Part shown: positions 18,118 through 28,436 of the stretch, in pieces | Position numbering within the stretch: the first letter of the stretch is position 1 | Layout: each line of letters opens with the position of its first letter | Source: a virus | Direction: 5' to 3' (one strand) | IMG/VR virus record: IMGVR_UViG_3300023235_000012 | Span: 1 to 64,000 of that record | DNA: 64,000 nt | Program-made: the position numbers and the translations under genes | The notes under the pieces: generated by a model | Seen by the model: the letters and a program-made list of their open reading frames with translations, nothing else | Database searches by the model: none | Told to the model about the DNA's origin: nothing

Positions 18118-20115
18118 ATGAAACTCAATGAATTATTCAGCGGTGAAAGTTTTGGAGTGACTACTCCTTCCGCCAAGGAAGTCGCTAAGAAGCACCGCGT
18201 CCCATTGGAGAAGATTCTTTCCCAGCTTGAGAAAGGTGTAGCAGCGGAAAAAGAGCACACAGAAGATGAAACCATGGCAAGGGAGATAGCTCTTGATCAT
18301 TTAGCAGAAACACCTGATTATTATGATCGTCTAGAGGACATGGAAGATGAGATAGATGAAGAGCTAACCAGACCCGACATCAGAAAGATTGAACAGGACG
18401 TTGACCCCGAATTCGATAACGTTGATATTGACGTGGATCTCGGCGGAAATCATTTTGTTCAAAGAGCAAACGATAGAAGAAATAGACCAGAAATTTCTGC
18501 TGGCGAAATCAAGGATGTCTTCCTTAAAACTCTAGATCAAAATGAAGATGACTTTGATCAAATGAAATCAGGTGATGAAGTCGTCCTCACAGACAAAGGT
18601 TCAGATCTCAATGTCCCAGTTTTATTCAAAGGTCGACGAAGACCAGGTAAGAGTACTAATCGTGAAGAATTAGACATGATTGCTAAGACAATTATGCGCA
18701 AGCCGAATTTCAAAACCAACAATCACCGGATCACCGCACCGAGAATAACTGAACTAGTTGAATCTTTCTCTTTAAATGAGGTTCGAATTATTGGGAAGGT
18801 TGGTTCAGAAGACAAATCTTATGTCTTCTTAGGAACTGAAAATGAAATCGGTTATGCTTTCTTTTTCCCTCAAAATTTATCATCGGTCGATCTAGTGGCA
18901 AATGAGCTTTTCAAAAAGAAACTAGCAAAATATATTAGTGGACTAGAGTTTACTGCTGAATATAAGAGTTTTGCTAATGCTATTCTTCCCGACAAAGAAA
19001 AACTCAAAAAACTTTTTCTAGAAAATAGCAACCTTACAGCTTTTTATGTTGGCGGAGGAAATGAGGATTTAACCGGACCGATTGCAGAATTTATTATGAA
19101 GAAACTTCAGAACCAAGATGCAGATAAATTTGTTTCAGTTATAGATTCCACCGTGTCGTATCGGGCACAAATCAAGTCACCTGATCAGGCAGAACAGATT
19201 CTAGATAAACGATTACGATTACATGGTATATCTCTTAATCAATATGTCATTGTAGATCATAAAAACAAGACAATAGAAAGAGAAGATAAAAGCCGATCAT
19301 CTGATTCAAGCATGCAAAATTATAAACAGACTATTCAATACTTATTGCCTAGAGGAGCATTCTCAATTGATCGCAGACAATATCAAAAATTAATTAAGGA
19401 TCTTTTAAAGAAGTTTCCAAAATATCACGTAAAAGAGAAAGAAACAATAGATTCCCAGGCAAAAAGTATTCATAAAATTTTACAACAATCTTCGGATTCA
19501 ATCATCGCTTATCACGGAACATCGGAGTCTATTGCTAAAAAAATCAAAGCAAAGGGAAGAATGATTCCTGGTCTTGGTCCTGAATATTCTGATAAAATTG
19601 CTGGTCACAGTGAACAAATGATATATTTTACTCTGGATCCCGATGTTGCTAGACGATTTGCAATTAGAGCAGCAAACGGAAAGCAATATGTTATTTTTAA
19701 GGTCGCGTTGAAGGATCTTTCAAAGATAAGATTTGATGAAGATTCGATAAAATCCCAGATTACGCAAATTCTCAATTCGGAAAGAAAAACCGATAAAGCT
19801 ATTGTAAGATATGCTGGGAAGGTAGCAGAGCAAGAAGGAAATGATGGAGGATACTCTGCAATTCTTTGGAACGTAAGGCACCGGATGGATAACGGAGATG
19901 AAATGCCAGAATCCTGGAAACCTATCGAGAAATTCATAAAATTAAGAGCCTTTAAGAAACTAGAAGAAGGTAGTTTTGCGTATGAGGGAACAATTTCATT
20001 CGATCAGCTAGAAGTTTACGAACGAAATAAAAGCAAGAAGATCGATCCAGAGAAAAAAATTGATCCTGAAGAGTGGGATCAGATTGAAGCCGGTGTTACC
20101 GATGAAAATAAATGA
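18118..20115 (+). CDS. multidomain putative internal virion protein with C-terminal ADP-ribosyltransferase-like domain
   Basis: Starts MKLNELF after GGAG; EKEHT..AREIALDHL.E.PDYY domain; AYHGTS...IYFT.D ART-like motif. Confidence 0.65.
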   Translation: MKLNELFSGESFGVTTPSAKEVAKKHRVPLEKILSQLEKGVAAEKEHTEDETMAREIALDHLAETPDYYDRLEDMEDEIDEELTRPDIRKIEQDVDPEFDNVDIDVDLGGNHFVQRANDRRNRPEISAGEIKDVFLKTLDQNEDDFDQMKSGDEVVLTDKGSDLNVPVLFKGRRRPGKSTNREELDMIAKTIMRKPNFKTNNHRITAPRITELVESFSLNEVRIIGKVGSEDKSYVFLGTENEIGYAFFFPQNLSSVDLVANELFKKKLAKYISGLEFTAEYKSFANAILPDKEKLKKLFLENSNLTAFYVGGGNEDLTGPIAEFIMKKLQNQDADKFVSVIDSTVSYRAQIKSPDQAEQILDKRLRLHGISLNQYVIVDHKNKTIEREDKSRSSDSSMQNYKQTIQYLLPRGAFSIDRRQYQKLIKDLLKKFPKYHVKEKETIDSQAKSIHKILQQSSDSIIAYHGTSESIAKKIKAKGRMIPGLGPEYSDKIAGHSEQMIYFTLDPDVARRFAIRAANGKQYVIFKVALKDLSKIRFDEDSIKSQITQILNSERKTDKAIVRYAGKVAEQEGNDGGYSAILWNVRHRMDNGDEMPESWKPIEKFIKLRAFKKLEEGSFAYEGTISFDQLEVYERNKSKKIDPEKKIDPEEWDQIEAGVTDENK

Positions 20116-20824
20116 GCTATTTGAAGGTGCTCTTCTTCCAAAGAATGAATACCTGACTCAATTAGCTGAAGTCTTAGAAAGAGCTCGAACTACCTACAGA
20201 AAAGTTCAAAAACAAGAAGCCGAAGAAGAGCCCGACTATGATTCAAGCGAATTTGACGTAGATCTTTGGTTCAATGCAATTCAATTCGAAACCAATCGAA
20301 TGGAAGCTCCGTTCCGCTGGTCTTTAGCTGGAGAAGACCAGGGCTCAAAACCAGTGAGTCTCTATCTACATTCGGGACACGCTAACGATGACGGCACTGT
20401 AAGCTTTAACCTCTATTCTCCTCACATGGAAGATGGATTAAACTTTGATGATTTCAAGATGATTCTCTTACGGTTTGTAGAACATGAAGCAGTCCACATG
20501 GCTCAGCGGGATAAGATGGGAGCTGGAACCTACGCTAATCGTTTCACCGGGTTTCAAAAGGCGGCACCACATTTTAAAGAAAACCCTAAGAAAGCTATGA
20601 AGATTTATCTTTCTGATCCTCAGGAGATCATGGCTCACGCTCGTGATTTGTATAATGAGATTAATCAAGCTGACGATCCATTGGCGGCATTGCGAGAAAT
20701 AGATAAATACAAAGCAAACCTTCCTACCTGGCAAAAATTCATGAAGGCTGGTTTTACAAAAGATGACAAAGTAATAAAGAAGCTACTGAAATATGTAACT
20801 GGGTACCTGAACAATAAAGTTTAA
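20102..20824 (+). CDS. zincin-like (HExxH) putative internal virion protein
   Basis: Starts MKINELFE; HEAVH plus YLSDPQEIMAHA. Confidence 0.65.
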   Translation: MKINELFEGALLPKNEYLTQLAEVLERARTTYRKVQKQEAEEEPDYDSSEFDVDLWFNAIQFETNRMEAPFRWSLAGEDQGSKPVSLYLHSGHANDDGTVSFNLYSPHMEDGLNFDDFKMILLRFVEHEAVHMAQRDKMGAGTYANRFTGFQKAAPHFKENPKKAMKIYLSDPQEIMAHARDLYNEINQADDPLAALREIDKYKANLPTWQKFMKAGFTKDDKVIKKLLKYVTGYLNNKV

Positions 20825-21037
20825 TAAACTTTTTAACGAATACGATGAAGTCAAGGAAGAAAAATCCAGAATTTAAGATCATAAAATAACTTGAATTCTT
20901 AAGGTGCAAGAGGTCTATCTTGCAATTTTCACAATGCTTGATGAGAGAAAAAGCAAATAGATATAATAAATACTTTGAAAGTAAGTAGCAAAACTATTCG
21001 ACGCGTTAAAAGAATATGATTATCCAAAGAGTGATAG

Positions 21038-22786
21038 ATGAGAATCAAAGAAATAACAGAGGAAATGAATCTTAGAGCTTATCACGGTTCAAGTGCGGAT
21101 TTTGATTCCTTTGACAATGAGTTCGCTTTTGGAACCTTACATTGGTTTACTGACCAAAAGGACCTAATAAAGCAAGGTGAAGTTGGCGCTGGTACAAAAG
21201 GCTTCATCTACACGGTACTGCTCGATATCAAAAATCCTGCTGGATGGGATGAGTACGATCGATATGGAATTGAAGAACTGATTGGTCAAGGTTATGATGG
21301 GCTCGCCTTACCTGACGGTCCTCAAACAACCTTCGTCGCTTTCTCCGATGATCAAATCCAGATTATCGATAAAGAAAAAATGATTGATGAAGAAAAAGAA
21401 GATAGCCTTCAGCTTCCAAAGCTAAACGTCGGTGATGAATTGATGGTAGGCAAATTCAAGAATAGAAAAGCAACAATCAAAGGTTTTGATACCGAGAAGA
21501 AGACAGGACAGCCGATAGCCAAGACAGACAAAGGCCCGCAACAAATCTTTAAAGGTCGTGTCAAAAAGCTGATGCCAGAAGATTTAGATGAATCACTTGA
21601 AAAAGCGTATTCGTATGAATGGAACACGCAAGACGCTTCAGATTGGTTCGGTGACTTTAAAACACAATCTGGCAAGAAAGTTGCTGTTAGTATTTCGATA
21701 TATGAGTATGCATCTGGAACATGGATTGTCAATTTTGATACTGATAACTCGATGTCAAAGACAGGAGATGGAGATCAATTTAGAATCTTCGCAACTGTAA
21801 TTGCAATGATTAAAGAGTTTGTGTTGGAGATACAACCAAAAGAAGTCATGTTCGTTGCCGAAAAGGATCCAAAGCCAAAAGGTCGCACTAATAGTCGCAT
21901 TGATCTTTATAACAGTTTTTTGAATCGTTTCGCTAAAGATCTTGGATATTCTTTCGAAAAACAAAATAACGGATACAAGATTACTTTCAGAATGCATAAA
22001 AATGAAAAATTAGATGAAGATATAAATGCGATTGAAATTGAAAACATCGTGAAGCCAATTGTTCGTAGACTTCTTAGCCGAAGAAAATCATGGGAAACTC
22101 CAGGATCAATGACCGGAGAACTTCGTAAAGGTCTTGGTGATATCGTCAAAAATTATCTCAGAGAGTTAGGTATCAAAAAGACAGATACCTTAATTGAGAT
22201 AAATCTTTCAACAAAAGAAAATATGACTGGTTCCATGATCTACAATCATGATTATAAAAGGGCGATGTTCACTCTAAATATTCCACGTTCACAATGGAAA
22301 GCAGTCAAAGATGAAAAAAATTCATTCGATCTTTGGGAAGACTTGGTTGAAGATATTCAACAAATCGCAGTGCATGAATTAATGCATTCTAATCAATGGG
22401 TGATGTCCAAAGGAAAGATGGCGAATAGAACAGGATTTCTTGGAAAAAGAGATTATGAGAACGATGATAAAGCCGTTTATCTTTCGGATAAGCACGAGAT
22501 CAGCCCATTTGCAGCGAATGCTGTTCAAGAGCTAATACACAAAGACTTCAGTCTTTCAAAAATAGCAGATAGGATAAATGAGAAAGAGATCCATTATCTT
22601 CTTGCAAATCAATCATCTACTTTCAACAGCTTCTTTCAATTATTCAGAAAGAACAAAGATAGTCACGAGCATCAGATGGTCTATAAGAGATTCTTGAAGA
22701 AATTCCTCCAGCACCTTAATGATAGACTTGATGTCGAACAGAAAAAACTAGAAAGAGCAAAAAGAAAAGGCTGGGTTCATCCTTAA
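21038..22786 (+). CDS. polyvalent putative internal virion protein (ART-like N-terminus, zincin C-terminus)
   Basis: Starts MRIKEI; AYHGSSADFDSFD..HWFT; HELMH..YLSDKHEISPFA. Confidence 0.68.
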   Translation: MRIKEITEEMNLRAYHGSSADFDSFDNEFAFGTLHWFTDQKDLIKQGEVGAGTKGFIYTVLLDIKNPAGWDEYDRYGIEELIGQGYDGLALPDGPQTTFVAFSDDQIQIIDKEKMIDEEKEDSLQLPKLNVGDELMVGKFKNRKATIKGFDTEKKTGQPIAKTDKGPQQIFKGRVKKLMPEDLDESLEKAYSYEWNTQDASDWFGDFKTQSGKKVAVSISIYEYASGTWIVNFDTDNSMSKTGDGDQFRIFATVIAMIKEFVLEIQPKEVMFVAEKDPKPKGRTNSRIDLYNSFLNRFAKDLGYSFEKQNNGYKITFRMHKNEKLDEDINAIEIENIVKPIVRRLLSRRKSWETPGSMTGELRKGLGDIVKNYLRELGIKKTDTLIEINLSTKENMTGSMIYNHDYKRAMFTLNIPRSQWKAVKDEKNSFDLWEDLVEDIQQIAVHELMHSNQWVMSKGKMANRTGFLGKRDYENDDKAVYLSDKHEISPFAANAVQELIHKDFSLSKIADRINEKEIHYLLANQSSTFNSFFQLFRKNKDSHEHQMVYKRFLKKFLQHLNDRLDVEQKKLERAKRKGWVHP

Positions 22787-22899
22787 TAGATAAAACCGGC
22801 CAACAAGACTAGCTTCTCCAAGCATAATTCCTGATAATCTTTTTTTCTCTTCTCAGGTTTAAAATCTTCAGGGATCCTAATGTCCATTGTTTCTTCCTT

Positions 22900-23136
22900 T
22901 TAAGGTTTATTTGATTTTCGTTTAGATCTTCTTCGTGAAGAAACTACGTCGAGTCTACCTTCTCTGCGCCGTTGTTTCAGTTTCTGCAATATCTCGTAGC
23001 GCTTTTCGTTCGTCACGCCCGGCCAAACCGTTATTTCCATCGGCGTGCGCATACACCCGACACAAAGGCCGGATGACGGGTCCAACGTACAGACGCCAAC
23101 GCAGGGTGACGGAAGATCGGGAAGCTTTGTAGGCAT
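22900..23136 (-). CDS. DUF1289 family Cys-rich protein
   Basis: SPCVGVC.LD...GLCVGCMRT..EI..W; locally GC-rich. Confidence 0.85.
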   Translation of the reverse strand: MPTKLPDLPSPCVGVCTLDPSSGLCVGCMRTPMEITVWPGVTNEKRYEILQKLKQRRREGRLDVVSSRRRSKRKSNKP

Positions 23137-23140
23137 CTTC

Positions 23141-23770
23141 TTAAATGCGTGCACCAACTATTTCCCAGTCCACTATTTTCCAGAACTCATCCACCCATTT
23201 GTTCTTATCTTCTTTGTAATCAAAAAGATAAGCGTGTTCCCACATATCAATCACTAGCACCAGATTAGACACCACTTTATGATTTGATATCTGTGTGATT
23301 GTCCCTGAACGGGTAAGGGCGGTCCATCCATCTCCTTGAATAGAGGTAGCTTTATCCTTGAACTCTTTTTTAAACTTCGAAAAGGAGTCGAAGTTTTTCT
23401 TGATGAAAGCCAGCGACTGCATATTTTTCAAAGAACCATCGTGCGGAACAGTAAGCTGCTCAAAGAACTTCTGATGAAGGAAAGCACCAGCTCGTTGGAA
23501 CTCGTCACCGGTTTGATTGAATTTTTCGACATAATTCTTATAAAGCTTGTTGTAATGTAGATCGACTGTTTCTTCTGAAGAAACCGGATCCAATTCATCT
23601 ATCTGGAAACCCAAGGTTGTTCTTCGAAGTGGTTCGGGTGCTTCGAAGATGAAGTCTTCAAACTCAGCCGAAAGCTGTTCTATTAGACCAGTTGCCCGCT
23701 GTTCTTTGTTTTTCTTTTCTTGTCTCTTGAAGAGACCATAGACGTCATCAAAATCCAAATCTTTTTTCAT
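23141..23770 (-). CDS. sod: Fe/Mn superoxide dismutase with N-terminal extension
   Basis: LHYNK, FLH, QGDGW, IDMWEHAY; TAAATA at 23776-23781. Confidence 0.88.
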   Translation of the reverse strand: MKKDLDFDDVYGLFKRQEKKNKEQRATGLIEQLSAEFEDFIFEAPEPLRRTTLGFQIDELDPVSSEETVDLHYNKLYKNYVEKFNQTGDEFQRAGAFLHQKFFEQLTVPHDGSLKNMQSLAFIKKNFDSFSKFKKEFKDKATSIQGDGWTALTRSGTITQISNHKVVSNLVLVIDMWEHAYLFDYKEDKNKWVDEFWKIVDWEIVGARI

Positions 23771-23813
23771 ATTCTTATTTAACCTTTAGGTCAAATTTAG
23801 ATGGTCTGTCATC

Positions 23814-24269
23814 TTATTTCGTGACCTCTATTCTGATCTTCTTCTTCGTTACCGTAAACACTCCTTCTTCGATTGGTCGATCCCAACCGTTCTTTCTCGC
23901 CTGACCAACGCTTGGAAAAATATTAGCCTTCGCCATCACGTGAGCCATCAATGCGTTCTCTGGGAAATCATCCAACTTGAACGAATGACCCTGAACCGAG
24001 GCTTTGCTTCCTAATGAATGGATCCTGATGGTAGGCGGACCGAAAGCTGTAACACTTCGATCCTTACCGCAACCAGAACAATCCCACCAAAAAGGTTTAC
24101 CATTGGAAAAGGTGACGATCGAACCTGCTCCTTGACAAGGGCATTTCATCTTCCTTGCTTGAGCTCGATGAGCATCCGAAATTTCGATCTCGTGTTTCAT
24201 CCACCAACGACCAACATCAACCAACCAACGCCAAAAAGCATCACGAGAAAAAGGATCCCGCCTATCCAT
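23814..24269 (-). CDS. hypothetical protein with S4-like C-terminal motif
   Basis: IFPSVGQARKNGW resembles the S4 motif; CPC..CSGC; start uncertain. Confidence 0.45.
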   Translation of the reverse strand: MDRRDPFSRDAFWRWLVDVGRWWMKHEIEISDAHRAQARKMKCPCQGAGSIVTFSNGKPFWWDCSGCGKDRSVTAFGPPTIRIHSLGSKASVQGHSFKLDDFPENALMAHVMAKANIFPSVGQARKNGWDRPIEEGVFTVTKKKIRIEVTK

Positions 24270-24308
24270 TCTACGATTAATTCTTTACGAGACATTCTTC
24301 TTCCTTTC

Positions 24309-24653
24309 TTAAAGCTGTTCAAAACCAAACATAGCAACGGCGAATTTATTTTCTTCTTCGTCTTCGATAACATCACCGACGCTAATGCTAGACATTGGAC
24401 CAAAGCGTTCAATGTTTTCTTCTGGACCAACATTTCCAATTTCGAAAACACTTTCTAAACCTTCAGCTTCAATATTAGCAACGTGGTCATAAAAGTTTTC
24501 AGCCAAAGCTTCTTTTGCCTTTTCAGCAACCTTATCCACAGACAGCAGCTTCATTCGAACAACCTGTTTTGCAACCACAAGATGAGATTCAAACTGATTA
24601 ATCTTGTCAACTTCTTCATCTGTCAAGTGAATCTGAAAAATCTTGTATTTCAT
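24309..24653 (-). CDS. YodL-like hypothetical protein
   Basis: YKIFQI...LESVFEIGN...MSSISVGDVI. Confidence 0.6.
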   Translation of the reverse strand: MKYKIFQIHLTDEEVDKINQFESHLVVAKQVVRMKLLSVDKVAEKAKEALAENFYDHVANIEAEGLESVFEIGNVGPEENIERFGPMSSISVGDVIEDEEENKFAVAMFGFEQL

Positions 24654-25062
24654 AATGTGTTTCCTCTTTGTTTACCTTATTATAATAACATCTTTTGATG
24701 ATAAATCAACAGGTTTCTGACACCTTTTTAGAAAAAAAGTGTAATCAAATCAATAGGAACCAAATTGATTTTTGGCTCACGGCTACCTAATGTCATTTCG
24801 GATAAAAACCGCCTTTTTTCGGATCTAGAGGAACAAATAAATCATCAATTGTTAAGTGCATGAACAGAGAATTTTCTATTGCTCTACTAATTTTTTCTTC
24901 CTTCGTTTTCATGTAAATCAGATCTAATCGGATTGTCTTTTTGTCTGATTTCTTCATTTCGTTTCTAGCTTTCGAGCGGTTTTAATTTAGCTTCTTCTAT
25001 CGAATACCAATCAACCGATGAGTTTGGTATTGATGGTTCCAGTGGTCCTATAAACATCATAC

Positions 25063-25557
25063 CTATTTCGAATCGCCTTGATCGAAGTCATCACCAATCT
25101 TAGAGTCTCCATGAATTGGGCATCCCCCATTGATAATCTTGCCCCGCCCTCGATAGGCGATATCAAGGTTGTCCATCTTCGCACAGGAGCATCCCGGGAT
25201 CCTCAGCCAGTGCGTGTGAAACCTGGCGTCCTTCGGGAATCCCCAAGCCTCCTGGAGCTCGAACTCCGTGTCTTCAATCAGATCCATGAGATTTCGTGTC
25301 TTTATTTTGTCAGCACCAAGATCGATCTTCTTAACCTCTTCGAAGAAATCACCGAGTAAACAATGCAGGTCTTTAATTTTCTGGATGGTTTCGGGAGAAA
25401 GGTCTTTCTCCCGAACCATCGTCGGGCTAAGGTAATGAGCTTTACCTTGGTTGTCAGTAAAAACTAAGCCTTGATCTTCGGCAAGTGACTGCGTAGCTTT
25501 CCGTTGGTTCTCAACCATCCAAAGGACATCTTCTAGCTGCTTGTTAATCTTGTTCAT
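25063..25557 (-). CDS. hypothetical protein with Cys/His cluster
   Basis: LQEAWGF, HTHW, CSCAKMDN, CPIHG. Confidence 0.7.
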   Translation of the reverse strand: MNKINKQLEDVLWMVENQRKATQSLAEDQGLVFTDNQGKAHYLSPTMVREKDLSPETIQKIKDLHCLLGDFFEEVKKIDLGADKIKTRNLMDLIEDTEFELQEAWGFPKDARFHTHWLRIPGCSCAKMDNLDIAYRGRGKIINGGCPIHGDSKIGDDFDQGDSK

Positions 25558-25836
25558 GATTTGCCTTTGTTGAAGTCTTCGAATTGGATTTTTTCTTTTT
25601 CTTCTTTATGAAATTCATAGACAACAATTTCACACTCATCGTAAAACCCCGTGATTTTTACATTCCCGGCCACGCGCAGCCTGCTTTTCATAATCAAAAT
25701 TATTCAAATGGGAAGTAAGACCACCTTTCTTCCACCAAACCTTGCCTTGGGAATTGAATTTAGGATCACTTGTGCCAGTACTGAAAAGTCCATCACTCTT
25801 TTGACGAATTTTAAAACCAATTTCAACATTGCTCAT
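25554..25836 (-). pseudogene. small phage gene with +1 frameshift
   Basis: Removing one base near 25643-25660 gives ..FYDECEIVVYEF..KS*, ending in an ATGA overlap with the next gene. Confidence 0.5.
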
Positions 25837-26015
25837 CGTACAATATCCTTTATGTTTCCCGAAAAGACCTTAACCATTTTGCATGTCCAAGACGAACAGA
25901 ATAACAAGGGCAGCGACGAAAAAGTACTCCCACCAATCTAGTCTGCCTAAAAATTCTAGGACATTAAAATAAACTTTGCGGCAAAAACCATCGAAATCCA
26001 TGATCTTTCTCCTAT

Positions 26016-26504
26016 TTAAGGGTGAAGCTTGAAATTTCCAACCACTGCCGAAAGCATTGGATCGTTCTTGTCCCCAAAGATAAACCCGCAGGTATCTTCC
26101 ATCCGGAACGTCACTGTCTTATCTCCAGCCGGGATACAAGGACTAGTCCAACGAACATCGTCGATGTTCACTGCTTCCTTGTCTAGAAACGCAGGATAAG
26201 TCGGATCAGTTACAATATCAGCAACGAAACCTAGTTTATCTGCAACCAAATTCGCTGTACGCATCTGTGCCTCAGTTACACCCAGAACCAGAACCGTACC
26301 AAAACCTTGGCTAGTTTCATTCGTCCATTTGTTGAACAACTCGTCGCTTTTACTCAACTTTTCTCCGAGATATTCTTTATCTCCTGTGTCCATCATATGC
26401 ACGAAAGCATTCGATGCGTGACTTGCCTGTGCCATCGCCTTGCCTGGATTCATGCTTGGCAGATCAGTTCTCATCAATATATATAGTACCGGAAATTCTT
26501 CCAT
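26016..26504 (-). CDS. peptidyl-tRNA hydrolase 2 (Pth2)-like protein
   Basis: YILMRTDL.SMNPGKAMAQASHA, W, D.T motifs. Confidence 0.8.
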   Translation of the reverse strand: MEEFPVLYILMRTDLPSMNPGKAMAQASHASNAFVHMMDTGDKEYLGEKLSKSDELFNKWTNETSQGFGTVLVLGVTEAQMRTANLVADKLGFVADIVTDPTYPAFLDKEAVNIDDVRWTSPCIPAGDKTVTFRMEDTCGFIFGDKNDPMLSAVVGNFKLHP

Positions 26505-26728
26505 CTTTGCTTCCTCTTAATTTCTTTGTCTTATGAGTTAAGGACAACCATGATTGTTACTGGGTTTCAGTTTCAAACCAAGTTCCTTGCATTTGTCTTC
26601 CATTTGTTTGAGATTCAATTGAGAAGTGTCGACGCCAACTTCTGAAAGCATCTTTCTCCGCTTAATTACGTGCTGTACGAGCCAATTACAATTTTGCATC
26701 TCAACGTCCTTTCCTACAATGTACCTTT

Positions 26729-26757
26729 ATAATACACTCTATTTTGGCTTTTGTCAA
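26729..26757 (-). promoter_or_regulatory. sigma70-like early promoter
   Basis: TTGACA-N17-TATTAT on minus. Confidence 0.6.
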
Positions 26758-27194
26758 GGAGAATTTGCAAGCATTTCGAGTTCAGGATGGCGATAGACGC
26801 TTTTTCGAAACTCTTCTAGGAAATTGTCCATTACGTCGCGGCCATCTGCATAGATTGGCCAATCTTGACCAGTGAGTAATTTAGCGAAATTACTCAGGAG
26901 CAAATCACGAGGACTGCTGTCAAAAATACCACCGCCGTTTACTTCGTTTTCGAAAGTCCACCATTCTTCGTTTTTTGGCGTTTCTGAGAAACCTTTCTGA
27001 TAGGCAGGATCATCCGCAAGTGGAAAACCAGCAGATAATGCTTCGTAATTCTGATCAATGAATTTTTTAGTTGCTTTGATCAAAGCGTATTCATCGAAGA
27101 TTTCAAGAAGATTGGAGTAACCTTCATCAGTTAACGAATTTTGCATTGAATTACCTTTCTTTACATTTCTTTCAATATTTTCGTAATTTAACAT
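26754..27194 (-). CDS. hypothetical protein
   Basis: ORF; probable true start MQNSL. Confidence 0.6.
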   Translation of the reverse strand: MLNYENIERNVKKGNSMQNSLTDEGYSNLLEIFDEYALIKATKKFIDQNYEALSAGFPLADDPAYQKGFSETPKNEEWWTFENEVNGGGIFDSSPRDLLLSNFAKLLTGQDWPIYADGRDVMDNFLEEFRKSVYRHPELEMLANSP

Positions 27195-27214
27195 CTTTTA
27201 GGTGAGAAGTCAAA

Positions 27215-28372
27215 TTAAAGAAGGTCTTCTTTTTTTGATTTGAAGTCAGAAGCGATCCATTTCGCCTTGAGGTCCCGCAGAGTCATACCTAGTTCTTTAC
27301 CTGGTTTCATACCTCTATCAAGTAGATCTTGGCCAGTTACAGGGAAAATAGGAATCACCCAGTTTTCAATTTCATCTGGATTCTTCTCCTGAATCCTCAA
27401 AACATCGGCGAACAACTCCTTGATCCATTCTGGTCTCTTGTGCTTGACAATCTCTTCTTTCATCTTTGAAAGATCCCAAGAGTCACTTTTGAGTGTAGTC
27501 AGATTTTGCAGACGTTCGTGTTCGTCAGTGCTTAGTTTCCATTTCTTATTGAGAACAGATGGCTGATCTTTATTTACAATTGCAGCCAGAGTCAAAATAG
27601 CATCACCTTCCTTCGAAAACTTCAATCCATCGAAATTATCAATATCCAAACCAATCAATTGATCAACTCCGGTATGAATCATAGGTTCCAATGCTTTCTC
27701 TGCATTCGGAGTAGAAAGGATTTTCTTCATTTCCGTCCATACCCGTTCACCACTGATATTCTTGAGGCCCGGTGCATGTCTTGTAATTGCATTGAGTTCA
27801 TCTTCGGCCAGATTATGATTGTATCGAGCCGCGAAACGGAACATTCGCAAAATTCGCAGATAGTCTTCTTCAAAGCGTTGATTTGGGTCACCTACTGCTC
27901 GGGTAATGTTGTTCTTGAGATCATCCATTCCGCCGAAGAAATCATGAATAGTACCGTCCAAATCCATAAACATTGAATTGTAAGTAAGGTCTCTTCGAGA
28001 AGCATCCTTCTTGAAATCTTTGGTCCATTCGACTTCTGCGTGGCGTCCATCATGGTTTTTGTCGATACGAAGAGTAGTGATTTCATATTCTTCTTTTGTC
28101 TTGGGACCTAGAACGGTGATCGTTCCATGCTGCAGACCAGTATCAATAGTTCTGAAGCCTTTGAGGATTTTTTTCATCTCGCTGGGCGTGGCAGTTGTTG
28201 CAAGATCAATGTCTTTTGGTTTCTTTTTTAAAACTAGATCACGCACCGCTCCACCGGCAAGCTTGATATCATGGCCATTGGTCTTAAATTTTTTGAAAAT
28301 AAGACGAAGATCATCGTTAACAAACGATGCTTCTGCATTTTCCAGTAGATTGAAAATTTCTTTAATCTTCAT
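27215..28372 (-). CDS. cca: CCA-adding tRNA nucleotidyltransferase (class II)
   Basis: GGAVRDL, DIDLAT, EITTLR, DASRRDLTYNSM, EDYLRILR.FRF, SGERVWTE; start MKIKEI after GGAGAG. Confidence 0.93.
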   Translation of the reverse strand: MKIKEIFNLLENAEASFVNDDLRLIFKKFKTNGHDIKLAGGAVRDLVLKKKPKDIDLATTATPSEMKKILKGFRTIDTGLQHGTITVLGPKTKEEYEITTLRIDKNHDGRHAEVEWTKDFKKDASRRDLTYNSMFMDLDGTIHDFFGGMDDLKNNITRAVGDPNQRFEEDYLRILRMFRFAARYNHNLAEDELNAITRHAPGLKNISGERVWTEMKKILSTPNAEKALEPMIHTGVDQLIGLDIDNFDGLKFSKEGDAILTLAAIVNKDQPSVLNKKWKLSTDEHERLQNLTTLKSDSWDLSKMKEEIVKHKRPEWIKELFADVLRIQEKNPDEIENWVIPIFPVTGQDLLDRGMKPGKELGMTLRDLKAKWIASDFKSKKEDLL

Positions 28373-28387
28373 CTTTCTCTCCATTGT

Positions 28388-28436
28388 TATTTATTGTAAC
28401 ACATAAAGTCTCTATGTAAAGCTTTTCTATTAAATA
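28388..28436. promoter_or_regulatory. back-to-back TAAATA late promoter motifs
   Basis: TAAATA minus 28388-28393 (cca) and plus 28431-28436. Confidence 0.6.

Noticed and set aside
20825-21037. Possible ncRNA or helix-turn-helix remnant (..LKVSSKTIRRVKRI*)
   Set aside because: Too short and degraded to support; no stable structure evident
24700-25060. Read-through of a TAG joining two small frames
   Set aside because: The extension closes soon after and has no recognisable motif; better explained as separate small ORFs
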